From NCBI GenBank assembly GCA_951406725.2, contig OX597817.1:52018001-52082000 (forward strand): a stretch of DNA of 64,000 nt. Direction: 5' to 3'. Shown here piece after piece: positions 50,318-63,289 of this stretch (positions within the stretch are counted from its first letter, which is position 1; each line of letters opens with the position of its first letter). This DNA comes from Octopus vulgaris. Its lineage: Eukaryota. The notes below the pieces were generated by a model, which worked only from the letters and a program-made list of their open reading frames with translations, was not told the DNA's origin and made no database searches. The translations under genes and the position numbers were made by a program.

Positions 50318-51069
50318 ATTCAGGTGCCACTTTCAACTCTCGCCTTGATCAATCTGATCAATTTTCAAGGTGTCGCCCATTTTCAGCTAATGCAAAATTC
50401 TGAGGAGACTGGATTGATGCCCTGTCGGTGGCCAATATTGGAAGTCTGCTCAATCTAGATGAACTCCCCATCTCCACCGCACCCAGGGTGGGAGCTGATC
50501 TCTGTAGGAGACTGAAATGCCGCTCTAGTAGGCCCCTCGATCTCACAGGTCTTCACAGTCTGCCTTGCCGCCCAAATACTGGTCGCTTCGCTCGTCACAC
50601 CGAGCTAAACCTAATCATTAAGCGGGCCCTGGCTCAGATTAATATCCCGTCAGTTCTGGAGCCGTCGGGGTTATCCAGAAGTGATGGAAAGAGACTAAAT
50701 GGTCCTGCCCTCTGTCCCTGGGTCAGAGGTGGGTACCTCATTTGGGATGTCACAGTCTGCAACGCTTTTGTTCCCTTCCACATCCTGGATGCTGCAGTTA
50801 ATGTGAGGGCCACTGCTTCCGTAGCCGAACGAAAGAAAACTTTGAAGTATCGGGACCTGATAGTGAACTATTACTCCCAACCTGTGGCGTTTGAGACGTT
50901 CAGAGGAACTGGGCCAATAACCGCGAAGTTCTTGTCAACGTTGGCAGCTCACCTCACCGAGATGTCAGGTGATGCCCTTGAGGGCGCTTGGCTTTCCCAA
51001 AGTCTTAGCCGTGCCATCGCCCATGGTAATGCTGCGAGCGTGCTGGATTGCATCAGTAGGTTACTTTAA
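50318..51069 (+). pseudogene. 3' remnant of CRE-like non-LTR retrotransposon (zinc-knuckle and restriction-like endonuclease region)
   Basis: ORF 50428-51069: GLHSLPC..GRFARH, EPSGLSRSDGKRLNG (RPDG motif mutated), LIWDVTV, AERKKTLKY, PVAFETF, LSRAIAHGNAASVL; no RT domain, no ATG start. Confidence 0.85.
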
Positions 51070-51089
51070 ACCTTGTGCTATGCGACCAA

Positions 51090-51254
51090 TGGCTGTGATA
51101 AAAAAAAATTCCCCACCGCTTCCCAACCACATGGTTCCGGGTTCAGTCCTACTGCGTGGCACCTTGGGCAAGTGTCTTCTACTATAGCCTCAGGCCGACT
51201 AAAGCCTTGTGAGTGGATTTGGTAGACGGAAACCGAAAGAAGCTTATCGTAGAT

Positions 51255-51315
<61 letters not shown>

Positions 51316-51625
51316 CCTATGTACATACATAAATACATACATGCATACATATGTACATACATGCATGCATACATACATACATACATACATACATACATAC
51401 ATACATACATACATGTATTTTTGTGTCTGTGTTTGTCCCGTCCCTTAACCATCGCTTGACAACCGATGTTGGTGTGTTTACGTCCCTGTAACTTAGCAGT
51501 TTGGCAAAAGGGACCGATAGAATAAGTACTAAGCTTACAAAGAGTAAGTCCTGGGGTCGATTTGTTCGACTAAAGGGGTGCTCCAACATAGCCACAGTCA
51601 AATGACTGAAACAAGTAAAAGAATA
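51090..51625 (+). mobile_element. CORE-type SINE family B with internal (TAGA)n/(TACA)n
   Basis: Family B consensus. Confidence 0.85.
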
Positions 51626-51824
51626 AATGGTTTCAGTACAGTTTTAATAGAAAGAATTAGAACTGGATGGAAATTCTCCGGTAATTTCCTTTCGTGTAAA
51701 TAAATGTTTATGTTAATTTAAAAATTTGCCAGCAAAATCTTATAAAATGACTATGCTCTAAAAGATGTACATGTTTATATGTCAAATATGAAAACAAAAA
51801 CCTTACATTTCTAACGGATGATTG

Positions 51825-52330
51825 AGACCCCCTTCGGTCATGACTGACCGTGAGATTGCACCTAGAAATTTACCCTCCCAGGCACAAGTCCGGGCAAGGT
51901 TGTTTATGGAAGACCATCAGTCACCCATGTATACCTATTTCTTTACTACCCACAAGGGGCTAAACACAGAGGGGGCAAACAAGGACAGACAAACGGATTA
52001 AGTCGATTACATTGATCCCAGTGCGTAACTGGTACTTATTTAATTGACCCCGAAAGGATGAAAGGCAAAGTCGACCTCAGCGGAATTTGAACTCCAAACG
52101 TAACGGCAGACGAAATACGGCTACGCATTTCGCCCGGCGCGCTAACGTTTCTACCAGCTCGTCGCTCATGCATACCGGCCTTTCCTCTTCACGCCACCAG
52201 TGTTATCCAAAGGAAAGGCAAAGACCGATACAGCTTGGCACCAGTGACGTTGGAACTCATTTCTACAGCTGAGTGAACTGGAGCAACGTGAAATAAAGTG
52301 TCTTGCTCAACAACACAACACGCAGCCCGG
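51825..52330 (-). mobile_element. SINE related to family C, interrupted by SINE A (51933-52165)
   Basis: Reverse complement shares TGTGTT..TGAGCAAGACACTTTATTTCACGTTGCTCCAGTTCACTCAGCTG with 41475 units. Confidence 0.7.
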
Positions 52331-52547
52331 TTAGACGCACTAACGGGGCTAAATTACAGCAACATTCATCCTAAACCAGGACTACCATGTTATGTTGGCA
52401 AACAATCTTTTCTACAAAGTACTGTTGCGGAATATCTCGCAGTTTTGTGAGATTTGGCTGTTGTTTCTAGGATGTAGATAGCCTGCTTGAAGGCTTGAGG
52501 GTATATATTGTTTTTTTTTTCTTGTTGAAAAATTGAAATTTTACATA

Positions 52548-53040
52548 CAATTTTTTTAGAATCGTAATCTTCGTATTTTTCTATGTATTTCGCAAAAAAA
52601 AAAAACCCCAGAAAAAGTGAAAAGAGAAGGGGGAGTGAGGCGGGGCGGGTTAGGGTTACCGATTGATCAAGGCGAGAGTTGAAAGTGGCACCTGAACGCA
52701 GCTTGTCCCATACTCTCGGTTTCCGCCTATCCTCCACTGTAATCAGAACTGACAAAACCCAGCTTTCTCTACCGTAGAGAGCTTGTTCCATCCAATTTTT
52801 TTAGAATCGTAATCTTCGTATTTTTCTATGTATTTCGCAAAAAAAAAAAAACCCCAGAAAAAGTGAAAAGAGAAGGGGGAGTGAGGCGGGGCGGGTTAGG
52901 GTTACCGATTGATCAAGGCGAGAGTTGAAAGTGGCACCTGAACGCAGCTTGTCCCATACTCTCGGTTTCCGCCTATCCTCCACTGTAATCAGAACTGACA
53001 AACCCAGCTTTCTCTACCGTGATAGAGAGCTTGTTCCATC
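52548..53040. repeat. ~245-bp tandem duplication (TIR-element fragment joined to inverted CRE-like fragment)
   Basis: 52548-52792 near-identical to 52793-53040. Confidence 0.9.
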
Positions 53041-53192
53041 TTCCTGTTGGAATTAGTCCATTCTGGAGACGTATTTGCATTGCACAATTCTTGATGTGAA
53101 CTCGTGTCAACACAAATTTGGTGTGTCTTGGGTAGGGCCGTATTAAGACCCGTAGACGCTATAAGCACTTAAAAAATTTGGTGCCCCATATA

Positions 53193-53586
53193 TCTATATA
53201 TATAAAGCTGAAGTTGTCTGTATATGGCAGGTTTGGTAGCCTTCAACTAACACTATCTCCTGCGAGACCCTGCGGCTCAAGTTGACCAAAATTGAGAGTA
53301 TGATAGAAGAAGGCTTGCTCTTCCTTCCGTAGAAGAAAAAAAAATTCAAATCGGACCATGTTAACACCCAAAATTATTTACATCAAAAAGGTGCTTTTTT
53401 TCTATGAAAATCCCTGTTTTTTACAATTTTTTTACTGCTGTGTCGCCATTTTTCGGTGTATTTCAACCAGAAAAAACGTTCACTTAAAGAGAATAACAAG
53501 CTACATAATGCAAAATTTTTACTTTTAAAAAATTCCAATTCTAAAGAGTCGAAACAAACCCAAGCAACGCCGGGCGATACTGCTAG
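53193..53586 (+). mobile_element. Non-autonomous Helitron-like element
   Basis: TC start, hairpin plus CTAG end shared with 44597-45109; near-identical inverse copy at 61246-61638. Confidence 0.8.
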
Positions 53587-54509
53587 CTATTGTATATTTC
53601 TACTTCATTTATATTTGACAAAAATTTTCCTACATTTTACTTTTTAATCGCAGTCTTTGAGCAGGCCTTCAATATTGTTCTTACGTAACATACCTCTTTC
53701 TATACTTAGTAGAGATTAAAAAAAAGCATCTCGAATATTATTTTAGCAAGTTTAAAGTGATTTCTTTTGTGCCATAAACCATTTATCATTTCTCTGGTGT
53801 GTGTCCCCCCCCCCCCCGTTTCCCTTGATGCCCTTTACTTATTTTACTTAACTTATATCATGTGAAGGTGCAACATTAGTCCTAAACCAGGACTGCCCTG
53901 TTATGTTGGCAAACAATCTCTAATATCTGGTTGCTGTCTGTGGTTTCACTCAACGACGGGAATGAGCAGCCGCTGGTTTGCCCGCATATTTTATTTGAAA
54001 ACAGGCATTCAGCGTGGGCCTGCCGAGCACTGCCCGATGGTGTGGGCAGGACATTTGTAAGTTTAGAAAATTTTTTCTCCCTAGAAGTACATTTCCAAAA
54101 TCTGGATGAGCCTTCTACAATTTGACGTCTGCCATGCTGCAGAATATGATACTTCCGCTTCAAGCGTCTAGCGTACATTTTGTAAACAAACACGGAGTCC
54201 GCGTGGGCTGTGTGAGAAAGTAAATGGCAACTGTCAAAGCCATTGATGAATGAATATAGCATGTAACATAACAAAAAACATGTTTGTGTGTATATGTGGT
54301 GTGTGTGTGTGTGTGAGTGTGTGTGTGTGTGTGGATGTGTGTAGATAGATAGATAGATAGATAGATAGATCAATGAGAAAGTAAAAACCTTTTGAAAATT
54401 ACAACTATATAGTTGGTAGTTATTGGAATTAGTTTCCCATATGTTAAAAATTTCTGGTACCTCATTGCTGCTTTAAAAAAAGCTTTTTTTGAAAAAATGA
54501 AACAAAAGA

Positions 54510-54598
54510 TCTCGCGAGACGGATTCGAACCGCCGACCTAAGGATTTCAACTTTCATACCACTACAGTCCTCCGCTCTACCAACTGAGCTATCGCGAG
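54510..54598 (-). tRNA. tRNA-Tyr(GTA) with 16-nt intron TGGTATGAAAGTTGAA
   Basis: Intact exons; T stem GGCGG/CCGTC. Confidence 0.96.
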
Positions 54599-54807
54599 AG
54601 CTATCGACGAGCTGTGAAATGTAGCTTTATAAACCCTTACTTTTAATGCAACTCAACCAACACACGAAGGAATATTTTTGATAAATAATTAATAAATTTT
54701 CAGACAAAATCTTGTAATTTTTTTCCTTCCTTCACTCATACTTCTCTTTTTCTCCATTAACATTTCTTTTCTCTCACCTCTTCCGACCGTTCGATTTTAT
54801 TCGATTT

Positions 54808-54851
<44 letters not shown>

Positions 54852-55653
54852 GTCTAGTTTTCCTTCTTCTCTAATTCTTCCGTTCACAGTTTTCCTCCCT
54901 CTTTCTTTCCCTCCTTCACTCTCTCTCTCTCTCTCTCCCTATTTGCTTTGTTATCCATACACTTCTATTTCCCCCTCTTCTTTCTCTCTCACTCCTTCTC
55001 ACTTTCCCTCCTACTCTCCCTCCTACTTTTCCTTTCTCTATCACTCCCTCCTCCTCCTTCCACCACCGATAAAATATTATCTTTTCCCTCCATCCTTACA
55101 TCTAATGATGCAACATTTATTTTTCACTAACACAGATCGTATTCGCCTCAACATGTGTGTTCGGTGTTAGCTTGATGGCGAAGATTTAATCTCAACCGTG
55201 CACATCCCAACAATTTATATAACAAGGACAACATTGTCCAATGAGTCCCTTTTTTAAGACAATCTGGTTTGATTCCATAGAGCTGCTATTTCTAGCGGTA
55301 TACCCTCACCTCAAATTTGCTTCCTCATAAAATTTCCCTCACCTCAAATTTGCTTCCTCATAAAATTTCCCACAGATACGTTTCAGATGGTGTAGACAAC
55401 GATTATATTGGAATTTGATGTGAAAAATAAATGGGGAAGTGGGTAATACATACACTTCTTCAAAACGTATGAAGAAAAAAAGTCAAGGTGCGTGAAATAC
55501 TCAACTCCATCCCTGATTCTCTCTCTCCCACCGCGATCAAATTCCAACATAATCGTAATCTACATTATCTGAAATGTATTTGCAAAAAAAAAAAATAATT
55601 AATTTAAAATATCCAATTTTCAGAATGATATATATATATATATATCTTCCAGC

Positions 55654-56868
55654 CAGGGCCGTCGTTAAGCCCCTGCAAGCCCTACTGTCGCAGGGAGCCT
55701 CCGCGGTTGAGGGGCCCCATGTTAAGATCAGAGTACGTAGATGAGTCATCTGATATATTATCAATGTTAACTGAAAATTTCAAGAAATAAAACGGCCATA
55801 TATTGTACCGGCAAAGGAAAGACTTCCTCCCCCCCCCCCCATTACAGAGATTTCGGAAAATTGCCAAAAATCGGCATTTGGAAATTTCGCCCACCCCCAT
55901 CCCCTTTCCCCCCACTTCATTTTTTTTGTTTTTCCCTACCCCTAACCGTAAACCTAACCTTAACCCTAACCCTAACCATAACTACAAAAATTTTGGAAAT
56001 TTTTTTCGGAATCACAAACTCCGTATTTTTCCGGATATTTTGAAAAAAAAAAAAAAAATTCTGAAAAAAATAGCCATACACTACGAGGGAAGGGGAGGGG
56101 ATCATTTTTTTTTTTTTTTTTTTCATTGAAATTTTACAAAAATTTTTGGAAAATTTTTTCAGAATCATAATCTCCGTATTTTTCCGGATATTTTGAAAAA
56201 AAAAAAATTCTGAAAAAAATAGCCGACACTACGAGGGAAGGGGAGGGGATCATTTTTTTTTTTTTTCATTGAAATTTTACAAAAATTTTTGGAAAATTTT
56301 TTCAGAATCATAATTTCCGTATTTTTCCGGATATTTTGAAAAAAAAAAAAAGAAAAATTCTGAAAAAAGTAAAAAATGAAGAAATTCGGGGAAGGGAGGG
56401 ATAATTTCAAAATGCCGATTTTTGCCAATTTTTGGGAAGATTCGTATTCTCCGTAGCCGAAAACGGGGGTTTTGTTCTTGTAAAAATATTACGTTGACCC
56501 ATGAACGTGTACCAGACTTTGTGGATTGTCTTTGATATCTATTGAACACGACTTGGCTCTCAGCTTGATTATTCTGAACTGATCGATAATTTCACAAAGC
56601 GAAAAGTGCACCGTGTTTGTCTTTGAAAGTTGCCTGGATTATAAAAGTGCTCTTTTATTCATATCTGGAAGTTTTACTTATTGAAATTTGTAAAAGACCT
56701 AAATAAGTTTAGCTTATTGTATTTTTAGAGATGTTCTTTAGGATAACGTGAAATATTGAACTTCAGATAGAATAAGGTAAAATAAAGCTATGAATAAAAT
56801 GTGTGTAGATTATGAATTTTGATTGAAGGAATGGGGCCTCGAAACAAATAAGCAACGCGATGGAGCTG
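55654..56868 (+). mobile_element. Non-autonomous hAT derivative with transposase C-terminal remnant and a nested inverted-repeat element (~55815-56473)
   Basis: Perfect 8-bp TSD CTTCCAGC (55646-55653, 56869-56876); LCGLSLISIEHDLALSLDYSELIDNFTKRK at ~56517-56605 resembles the hAT dimerisation domain tail. Confidence 0.88.
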
Positions 56869-57045
56869 CTTCCAGCCTGTGGCGTTTGAGACCTCTGGAG
56901 GGACTGGGCCGCTAACAGCGAAGTTCTTGTCATCGTCGATGGCTCGCCTTACCGAGGCGTCAGGTGATGCCCATGAGAGTACTTGGCTGTTCCAACGCCT
57001 TAGCCTCGCCATCGGCCGTGGAATGCCACGAGAGTGTTGGCTTGC
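56869..57045 (+). pseudogene. CRE-like retrotransposon 3' fragment
   Basis: FQPVAFETSGGTGPLTAKFLSS...WLFQRLSLAIGRG, homologous to 50877-51030. Confidence 0.8.
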
Positions 57046-57348
57046 TTCAGTAGGTTCCATTGAACCTTGTGGCGGGCGACCAACTGAAGCACTTGGTTTC
57101 TTTTCCTTTCTTTTCTTCTTTCTCCCTTTCATTCATGCTTTCTTTCTTTTTCTTTTCTTTTCTTCTTGCGGTCATGCTGGAGTAGCGCCTTTAGACGAAC
57201 AAATCGACCTCAGGAATTATTCATTGTAAGCCTAGTACTTATTTTATCGTTCTCTTTTGTCGAACAGCTAAGTCACGGGGACCTCAACACACCAAAATCG
57301 GTTGTCAGGCGATGTTGGGAGGACAAACACAGACGAAAATACATACAT

Positions 57349-57390
<42 letters not shown>

Positions 57391-57392
<2 letters not shown>

Positions 57393-57913
57393 GTAAATCC
57401 TCGAGTATAGTCCGCCCTTGAGTATAATACGCAGGGGATTTTTAGGGGGCTGTACCTCTGAAAAACCTAAACATTGTGTATAATACGCACCCCGTCTCTA
57501 ACTTGAGTCGTACGTAATTAAGCCAGCAGCACCTAGTCGAACAACACTTCCGCGCATGCGTAATACAATAATTGTGATGTTCTTAACTGTTATATGGGAA
57601 TGTAAATATGTTTGCAAATTGTTTTTGTTATATGTTATTCTGTATTCTGAATACTTTTATTTTAATAAATGTTGCTTACTGCAAGTTATGGATGATTCTT
57701 TTATGACTTCATTGCTTTCAGGCTTAGCTTAAGGTATTTTCGCGCCCGACATCACAAAATGCGTCTGAATAAACATTGCCGGACAGCAAATAGAGACTTG
57801 GACATTGCTTAGAAAATATTTTTTTTCATTTTTAACCTCGTATATAGTACGCACTAAGGGTTTTGACCATTAAATTTTGGGGGGAAATGCGGATTACACT
57901 CGAGGATTTACGG
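57391..57913. mobile_element. pogo/Tigger-type MITE
   Basis: TIR CCGTAAATCCTCGAGT, TA TSD; inverse-orientation deletion derivative of 60193-61914. Confidence 0.9.
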
Positions 57914-58165
57914 TATTTGCCTTCCACCCCACCCCGCCCCGTAACACCGGTGTGGGTTGGTTTAGGCCTCTGCAAATTAACGGTTCGGCAAAAGACTCTG
58001 ATGGAATAAGAGCCAGACTTATGGAAGCAAAGAAAAAAATATAAGGACAGGGGCAGATTTCTTTAACTTAAAGCCTTTTATGGCGGTGCCCCTAGCACAA
58101 GTAAAAGACGAAATGTATGTGAATGTTATTGCCGTTTCACGTCATACTACAGTTATATTGCAGTC

Positions 58166-58527
58166 AAGGCGGCGAGCTGGCAGAAAGGTTGGCGATGTTT
58201 CGCTTGTCGTAGCACAAGTTTCCGTCGATTTCCGTAAAAAACTTTTATTTTTTTACATAAGTAATGAGAGCGAAAGAGACTAAGAGGAAGCGATTTTATG
58301 ACGAGGAAGTTTCTCTTTGAAGTCCCCGTGTGTGTGTTTGATGGTGTGTGGGAGACAGACAGTATGTTATGTAAGTGAAGTGCTTCTGTTAGTGTGTGCG
58401 AAGAGACAGAGAGAGTAATGTGTGAAAGAGAGAGATAACTGAAATTTTTACTCGGTGTATGTGTATATGTATGTATGCATGTATGTGTGTGTGTGTATGT
58501 ATCTATGTATGTGTGTGTGTGTATCTA

Positions 58528-58558
<31 letters not shown>

Positions 58559-58908
58559 ATGTACGTATGGCCGATTCAGTGTTTACATTTTTTACGGAAA
58601 TCGACGGAGGAAATCGACAATCGACGGAGGAAATCGACAATCGACGGAGGAAATCGACGGAAACGTGTGCTACGACAAGCGAAACATCGCCGAAACGTTA
58701 GCACGCCGGGCGAAATGCTTAGTGGTATTTCGTCTGTCGTTACGTTCTGAGTTCAAATTCCGCCGAGGTCGACTTTGCCTTTCATCCTTTCGGAGTCGAT
58801 AAATTAAGTACCAGTTACGCAGTGGAGTCGATGTAATCGACTAAATACCTATGTCTGTCCTTGTTTGTCCCCTCTGTGTTTAGCCCCTTGTGGGTAGTAA
58901 AGAAATAT
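58166..58908 (+). mobile_element. SINE family A interrupted by a MITE
   Basis: 21-bp TSD ATACTACAGTTATATTGCAGT at 58144-58164 and 58909-58929. Confidence 0.9.
58191..58691. mobile_element. GGCGATG-terminal MITE (Merlin-like termini)
   Basis: ~43-bp TIR GGCGATGTTTCGCTTGTCGTAGCAC..GTTTCCGTCGATTTCC; 8-bp TSD GAAAGGTT/GAAACGTT. Confidence 0.9.
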
Positions 58909-59228
58909 ATACTACAGTTATATTGCAGTTTTGTAGGGTTTTTTAATTTTTTTAATTTTTTGCTTTTAACCAATCCTGTTACGCCACTTTTCTTCTGTGC
59001 TCAAGGACGTTTTGAAAACGTACGACAGCGATTTCTATTTATAAGCATATTGTCCTTAGGTAAAAAGACAATAATGAAATGCAACAACGAAGGAAACCTT
59101 ATGTCAGTGTTGTTTGCTTGCTGGAATTCATTTGTTACGCTTCGTTTATCTCGTTTTCTTTTTCCTTCTGTCTATCTTGATCGTTGCATAAACTTTCATA
59201 ACAATTGCTGACAACAGCAACAAAGTAG

Positions 59229-59400
59229 AGACGCAATGTTCGAGTGGTTAGGGCAGCGGACTCGCAGTCGTAAGAACGCGGTTTCGATTCCCAGACCGGG
59301 CATTGAGCAAAGACACCTAAGTTCCACGAGGCTCCGGCGGGGAGGGGTGGTGAACCCCGCCGTACTCTTTCACCACAATTTTCTCTCACTACTTCCTATT
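59229..59400 (+). mobile_element. tRNA-derived SINE, further family
   Basis: tRNA-like head AGTGGTTAGGGCAGCGGACTCG...GGTTTCGATTCCC followed by TTGAGCAAAGACAC. Confidence 0.6.
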
Positions 59401-59559
59401 TCTGCCACAAAGCAGAGGAATCACGGTGTAACCACACTATGGTGTGGTAAACTTTCAGACTCTAGTCTAGATTGCGAATCCTCTATACCCCCAGGATGAT
59501 TCAGCTCACCACCCGTTAAAAGCCACCGTTTACGGAATGAGGATAACAACGTAGCTTTC

Positions 59560-59826
59560 GCGTAGTTACGGGGACGTAAACACACCAGCATCAGTTGTCA
59601 AGCGATGTTGTGGTGGGGGGGGGACAAACACAGACACACATATACATATATATATACATAAATACGACGGGCTTCTTTCAGTTTCCGTCTACCAAATCCA
59701 CTCACAAGGCTTTGGTCGACCCGAGGCTATAGTAGAAGACACTTGCCCAAGGTGCCACGCAGTGGGACTGAACCCGGAACATGTGGTTCGTAAGCAAGCT
59801 ACTTACCACATAGCCACTTCTACGCC
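59560..59826 (-). mobile_element. CORE-type SINE family B, truncated
   Basis: Matches 42627-42933. Confidence 0.85.
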
Positions 59827-60192
59827 TTTCTCCTTTTTTTTTTTTTTTTTGGCTCGGATCAAACGCTTTAGTTTGAGTGAAAATTCTTGTAATTACACCA
59901 AGGAGAGATTATCTGAAGCTCCATTTAGGGTGTAATATTTAATTTGGATGGACCTATGTACCCCATTTGTTGTGTTCGTGTATTAACGTTGCGAACTGGT
60001 ATTAACGACTTGAAGACTGGTTTCCAGTAGAATCGTTTGGCTGTTGTTTTCCTATCATTTTGTTTTCTATCATATATGTGCATAAAACGAAAGACCACTG
60101 GATACTTACGCACTTGCAATTTGCCTACGGTAACAAACAGGCAGTTAAATTCCCACCAACCATCATGAGATAAAGATGCAAGAGATAGTATA

Positions 60193-61914
60193 CCGTAAAT
60201 CCTCGAGTATAATCCACATATTTTTCCCAAAATTTAAAGCTCAAAATCCCTAGTGTGTACTATATACGAGGTTAAAAATGAAAAATATTTTCTAAGCAAT
60301 ATCCGAATCTCTATTTGCTGTCCGGCAATGTTTATTCAGGCGCATTTTGTGATGTCGGGCGTGAAAATACCTTGAGTTAAGCCTGAAAGCAATGAAGTCA
60401 TAAAGTGATTTATCGACGGAATGGATATCGACTGGAGAAATGTCTTTCACTTAAAGGTGGAAGGGTTCGCGCTCCCGACCTGACTTTGATATGCAAATGG
60501 ATGATGTATGCATGGAATGAACTTGATCCTCAGATTATTGTGAAAAGTTTCAGGCGACGAGCTAGCAGACACGTTAGCACGCTGGGCGAAATGCTTAGCG
60601 GTATTTCGTCTGCTGCTACGTTCTGAGTTCAAATTTCGCCGAGGTTGACTTTGCCTTTCATCCTTTCAGGGGTCGATTAAATAAATACCAGTTACGCACT
60701 AGGGTTCATATAATCGACTTAATCCGTTCGTCTGTCCTAGTTTGTCCCCTCTGTGTTTAGCCCCTTGTGGGTATTAATGAAATAGGTATTTCGTTTGTCT
60801 TTACGTTCTGAGTTCAAATTCCGCCGAGGTCGACTTTGCCTTTCATCCTTTTGGGGTCGATAAATAAAGTACCAGTTACGCACACGGGTCGATGTAATCG
60901 ACTTAATCCCTTTGTCCCCTCTATGTTTAGCCCCTTGTGGGCAATAAAGAAATATATAGTGAAAAGTTTTATCCAATGTTGTATATCGTCTGCACTGGAT
61001 GGTACTCAGGATGACGTTGTATGGAAAGATGAAATAAATGAAAGCGAATCTTCTGATTTTTACTATGAATCTGACGATGACGGAGATTTACACTACAATG
61101 ATGCTGACATGTTTACGGAGGAACAAATGGAACAGTTATTTGATGCTGAAAGTGACGTTGAATTTGAAGGATTTTAATAACTGTTTTTGCTTTTGCTTTT
61201 TTTGTAACTGATAGTGATAAATATGTAAAGGCAATTTACTTAATACTAGCAGTATCGCCCAGCGTTGCTCGGGTTTGTTTCAACCCTTTAGAATTGGAAT
61301 TTTTGAAAAGTAAAGAATTTGCATTATGTAGCTTGTTATTCTCATTAAATGAGCATTTTTCTTGTTGAAATACACCGAAAAATGGAGACACAGCAGTCAA
61401 AACATCGTAAAAAATAGGGATTTTCATAGAAAAAAAAGCACCTTTTTGATGTAAATAATTTTTGGTGTTAGCATGGCCCGATTTGAATTTTTCCTTCAAC
61501 GGAAGGAAGAACAAGCCTTCTTCTATCATACTCTCAATTCTGGTCAACTTGAGCCGCAAGGTCTCGGAGGAGATATTGTTAGTTGAAGGCGACCAAACCT
61601 GCCATACACAGACAACTTCAGCTTTATATATAGAGAGATTTATTTTTCACTGACGTTATTACTGTTATTTCTTTATTTTCTGCAAACAAAATGCACAAAA
61701 AAGCTACACGTTTGCATTATGTTACACATACAATAATAAATAAAGGACGTTACCGTATACATTTTTACAAACCAAGGAAGTTATATAGACTTCCTTGACT
61801 CAAGTTAGAGAAGGGGTGCATATTATATACAAGGTTTAGGTTTTTCAGAGGTACAGCCTCCTAAAATTCCCTGCGTATTATACTCAAGAGTGGACCATAC
61901 TTGAGGATTTATGG
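60193..61914 (+). mobile_element. Internally deleted pogo/Tigger-like transposon carrying SINE A (60552-60956) and Helitron-like (61246-61638) insertions
   Basis: Same TIRs as 57391-57913; transposase tail GRVRAPDLTLICKWMMYAWNELDPQIIVKSF | IQCCISSALDGTQDD plus acidic end, split by SINE with GTGAAAAGTTT duplication. Confidence 0.85.
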
Positions 61915-62729
61915 CAAGTCCTAAGAAGATCATGGCTGGAATGTCTTTGATCATAGGTCTGCTCGACCAGAGTTGACCTGTGGCTAAACAATATCAACAC
62001 CTTACACAATTCAAGAACGGGCATTAAACATGAAACCCCCTTCGAAAATTACAGCCTGTATTAAGAACGAGTTGACATAAAAATGCGGTTTTTATTAACC
62101 ATTACATAAATATTAAACTGATAATAAAACTTGATAAATATATTTTTGCAATTATATTTGGATCGTAAATGCATGACACTATAAAGCTTACAATAAAATT
62201 TAAATGACGGTAGAGTCGGCCCCTGTTATGCTAACGCTTTCAATAAAAATTATATATAAACAAGATCTATTTTTAAAGTTTACAATTAAACGAAAGCTAC
62301 GTTTAGAATACAATTAGAGCATTTAGATTTTATTTTTGTCACACAGCATACATAAAACGTAATTTTTACACAAGCATACATAAAACAAAATTTCTGCTGG
62401 GTACATTTACTTTTCTGAAAGGAAAAACAGAGCAAGTGCGACATTTTAAAACACTTAGATTCATTAAATGTGAACATACTTGAGATGTGTTAATAAGATT
62501 ATAATTATCCAAATGTTAGAAATCAATAAATCAATAATTGATACCTTACCTTGTAGTATATAGTCCGGTTTCTTTCGCCCTGAGTTTAAATCCCGTAGGG
62601 TTAACTGTGCCTTTTTGTTCTTTTTTCTTTCTTTCTTTCTTTCTTTCTTCCTTTCTTTCTTTCTTTCTTTCTTTTTGGGGACGTTAAACTAAATCAACCG
62701 TGTACGACGTAACTACAGTTTAGTGCTCC

Positions 62730-63152
62730 CGCCAAATTTGTTTTCCTTATAATTTTTCTTGGTAATGTATATTTTTCAATGAAACTTTGCATGCATGCGT
62801 TTTCGAAGGTGTATTCTACAGTTAAATTTTATGATGGCATTCTTTCGATACGAGTACCGTTTATATCACGTGTATTTGTTTACATTTTAAGAACAAGATC
62901 GTCACTTTCCGTAAAATTTCTTTTGACAACGCTCCGGAGAAACTGTTTTCACCTCAATAGACGTCATTGATTGGTTGAAATTGCCGAAATGCAAGAAAAT
63001 AAACAACAAATATCTTACAAACTACAGAATTTTCTCAAGAAAGCCAAGAGAAAAAGATGTTTTGTAAACACATTCTACCAGTATACAAGTTTAAAATTTT
63101 TTAGTTACAAAGAAATTATTTTAAAAATCTGCCGGTCAAAGCGAAAAGATCC
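62730..63152. mobile_element. Diverged relative of GGATCTTTTC element, one end visible
   Basis: Ends GAAAAGATCC; ACACATTCTACCAGTATAC is the reverse complement of 1583-1600; left boundary uncertain. Confidence 0.55.
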
Positions 63153-63289
63153 CTTTTTTTTTTTTAGAGAGAAAAGATGTCCATATTGAAAAAAAACTTC
63201 CGAGTTTAAGTTTATAGCCTATTACATTCGTTTTAGTCAGAGACAGCCTGACCATGTTCTGGGAGTGTAGTGGGTACGTAGTTACCCGT

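Noticed and set aside
50428-51069. Intact CDS or domesticated nuclease
   Set aside because: No ATG, in-frame stop just upstream, catalytic motif altered, zinc-knuckle region partly deleted; treated as retroelement remnant
53882-54373. 163-aa minus-strand ORF
   Set aside because: Starts in microsatellites; no motif recognised; cannot support as coding
55302-55370. 33-bp tandem duplication
   Set aside because: Ordinary local slippage duplication with no further structure
55938-55978. Telomeric (CCCTAA)n signal, also near 36238 and 52648
   Set aside because: Only a few degenerate units, internal to transposon-derived sequence
58598-58662. CRISPR-like short repeats AATCGACGGAGGAAATCGAC
   Set aside because: Spacerless 20-bp tandem repeat inside a MITE subterminal region; eukaryotic context, no cas genes
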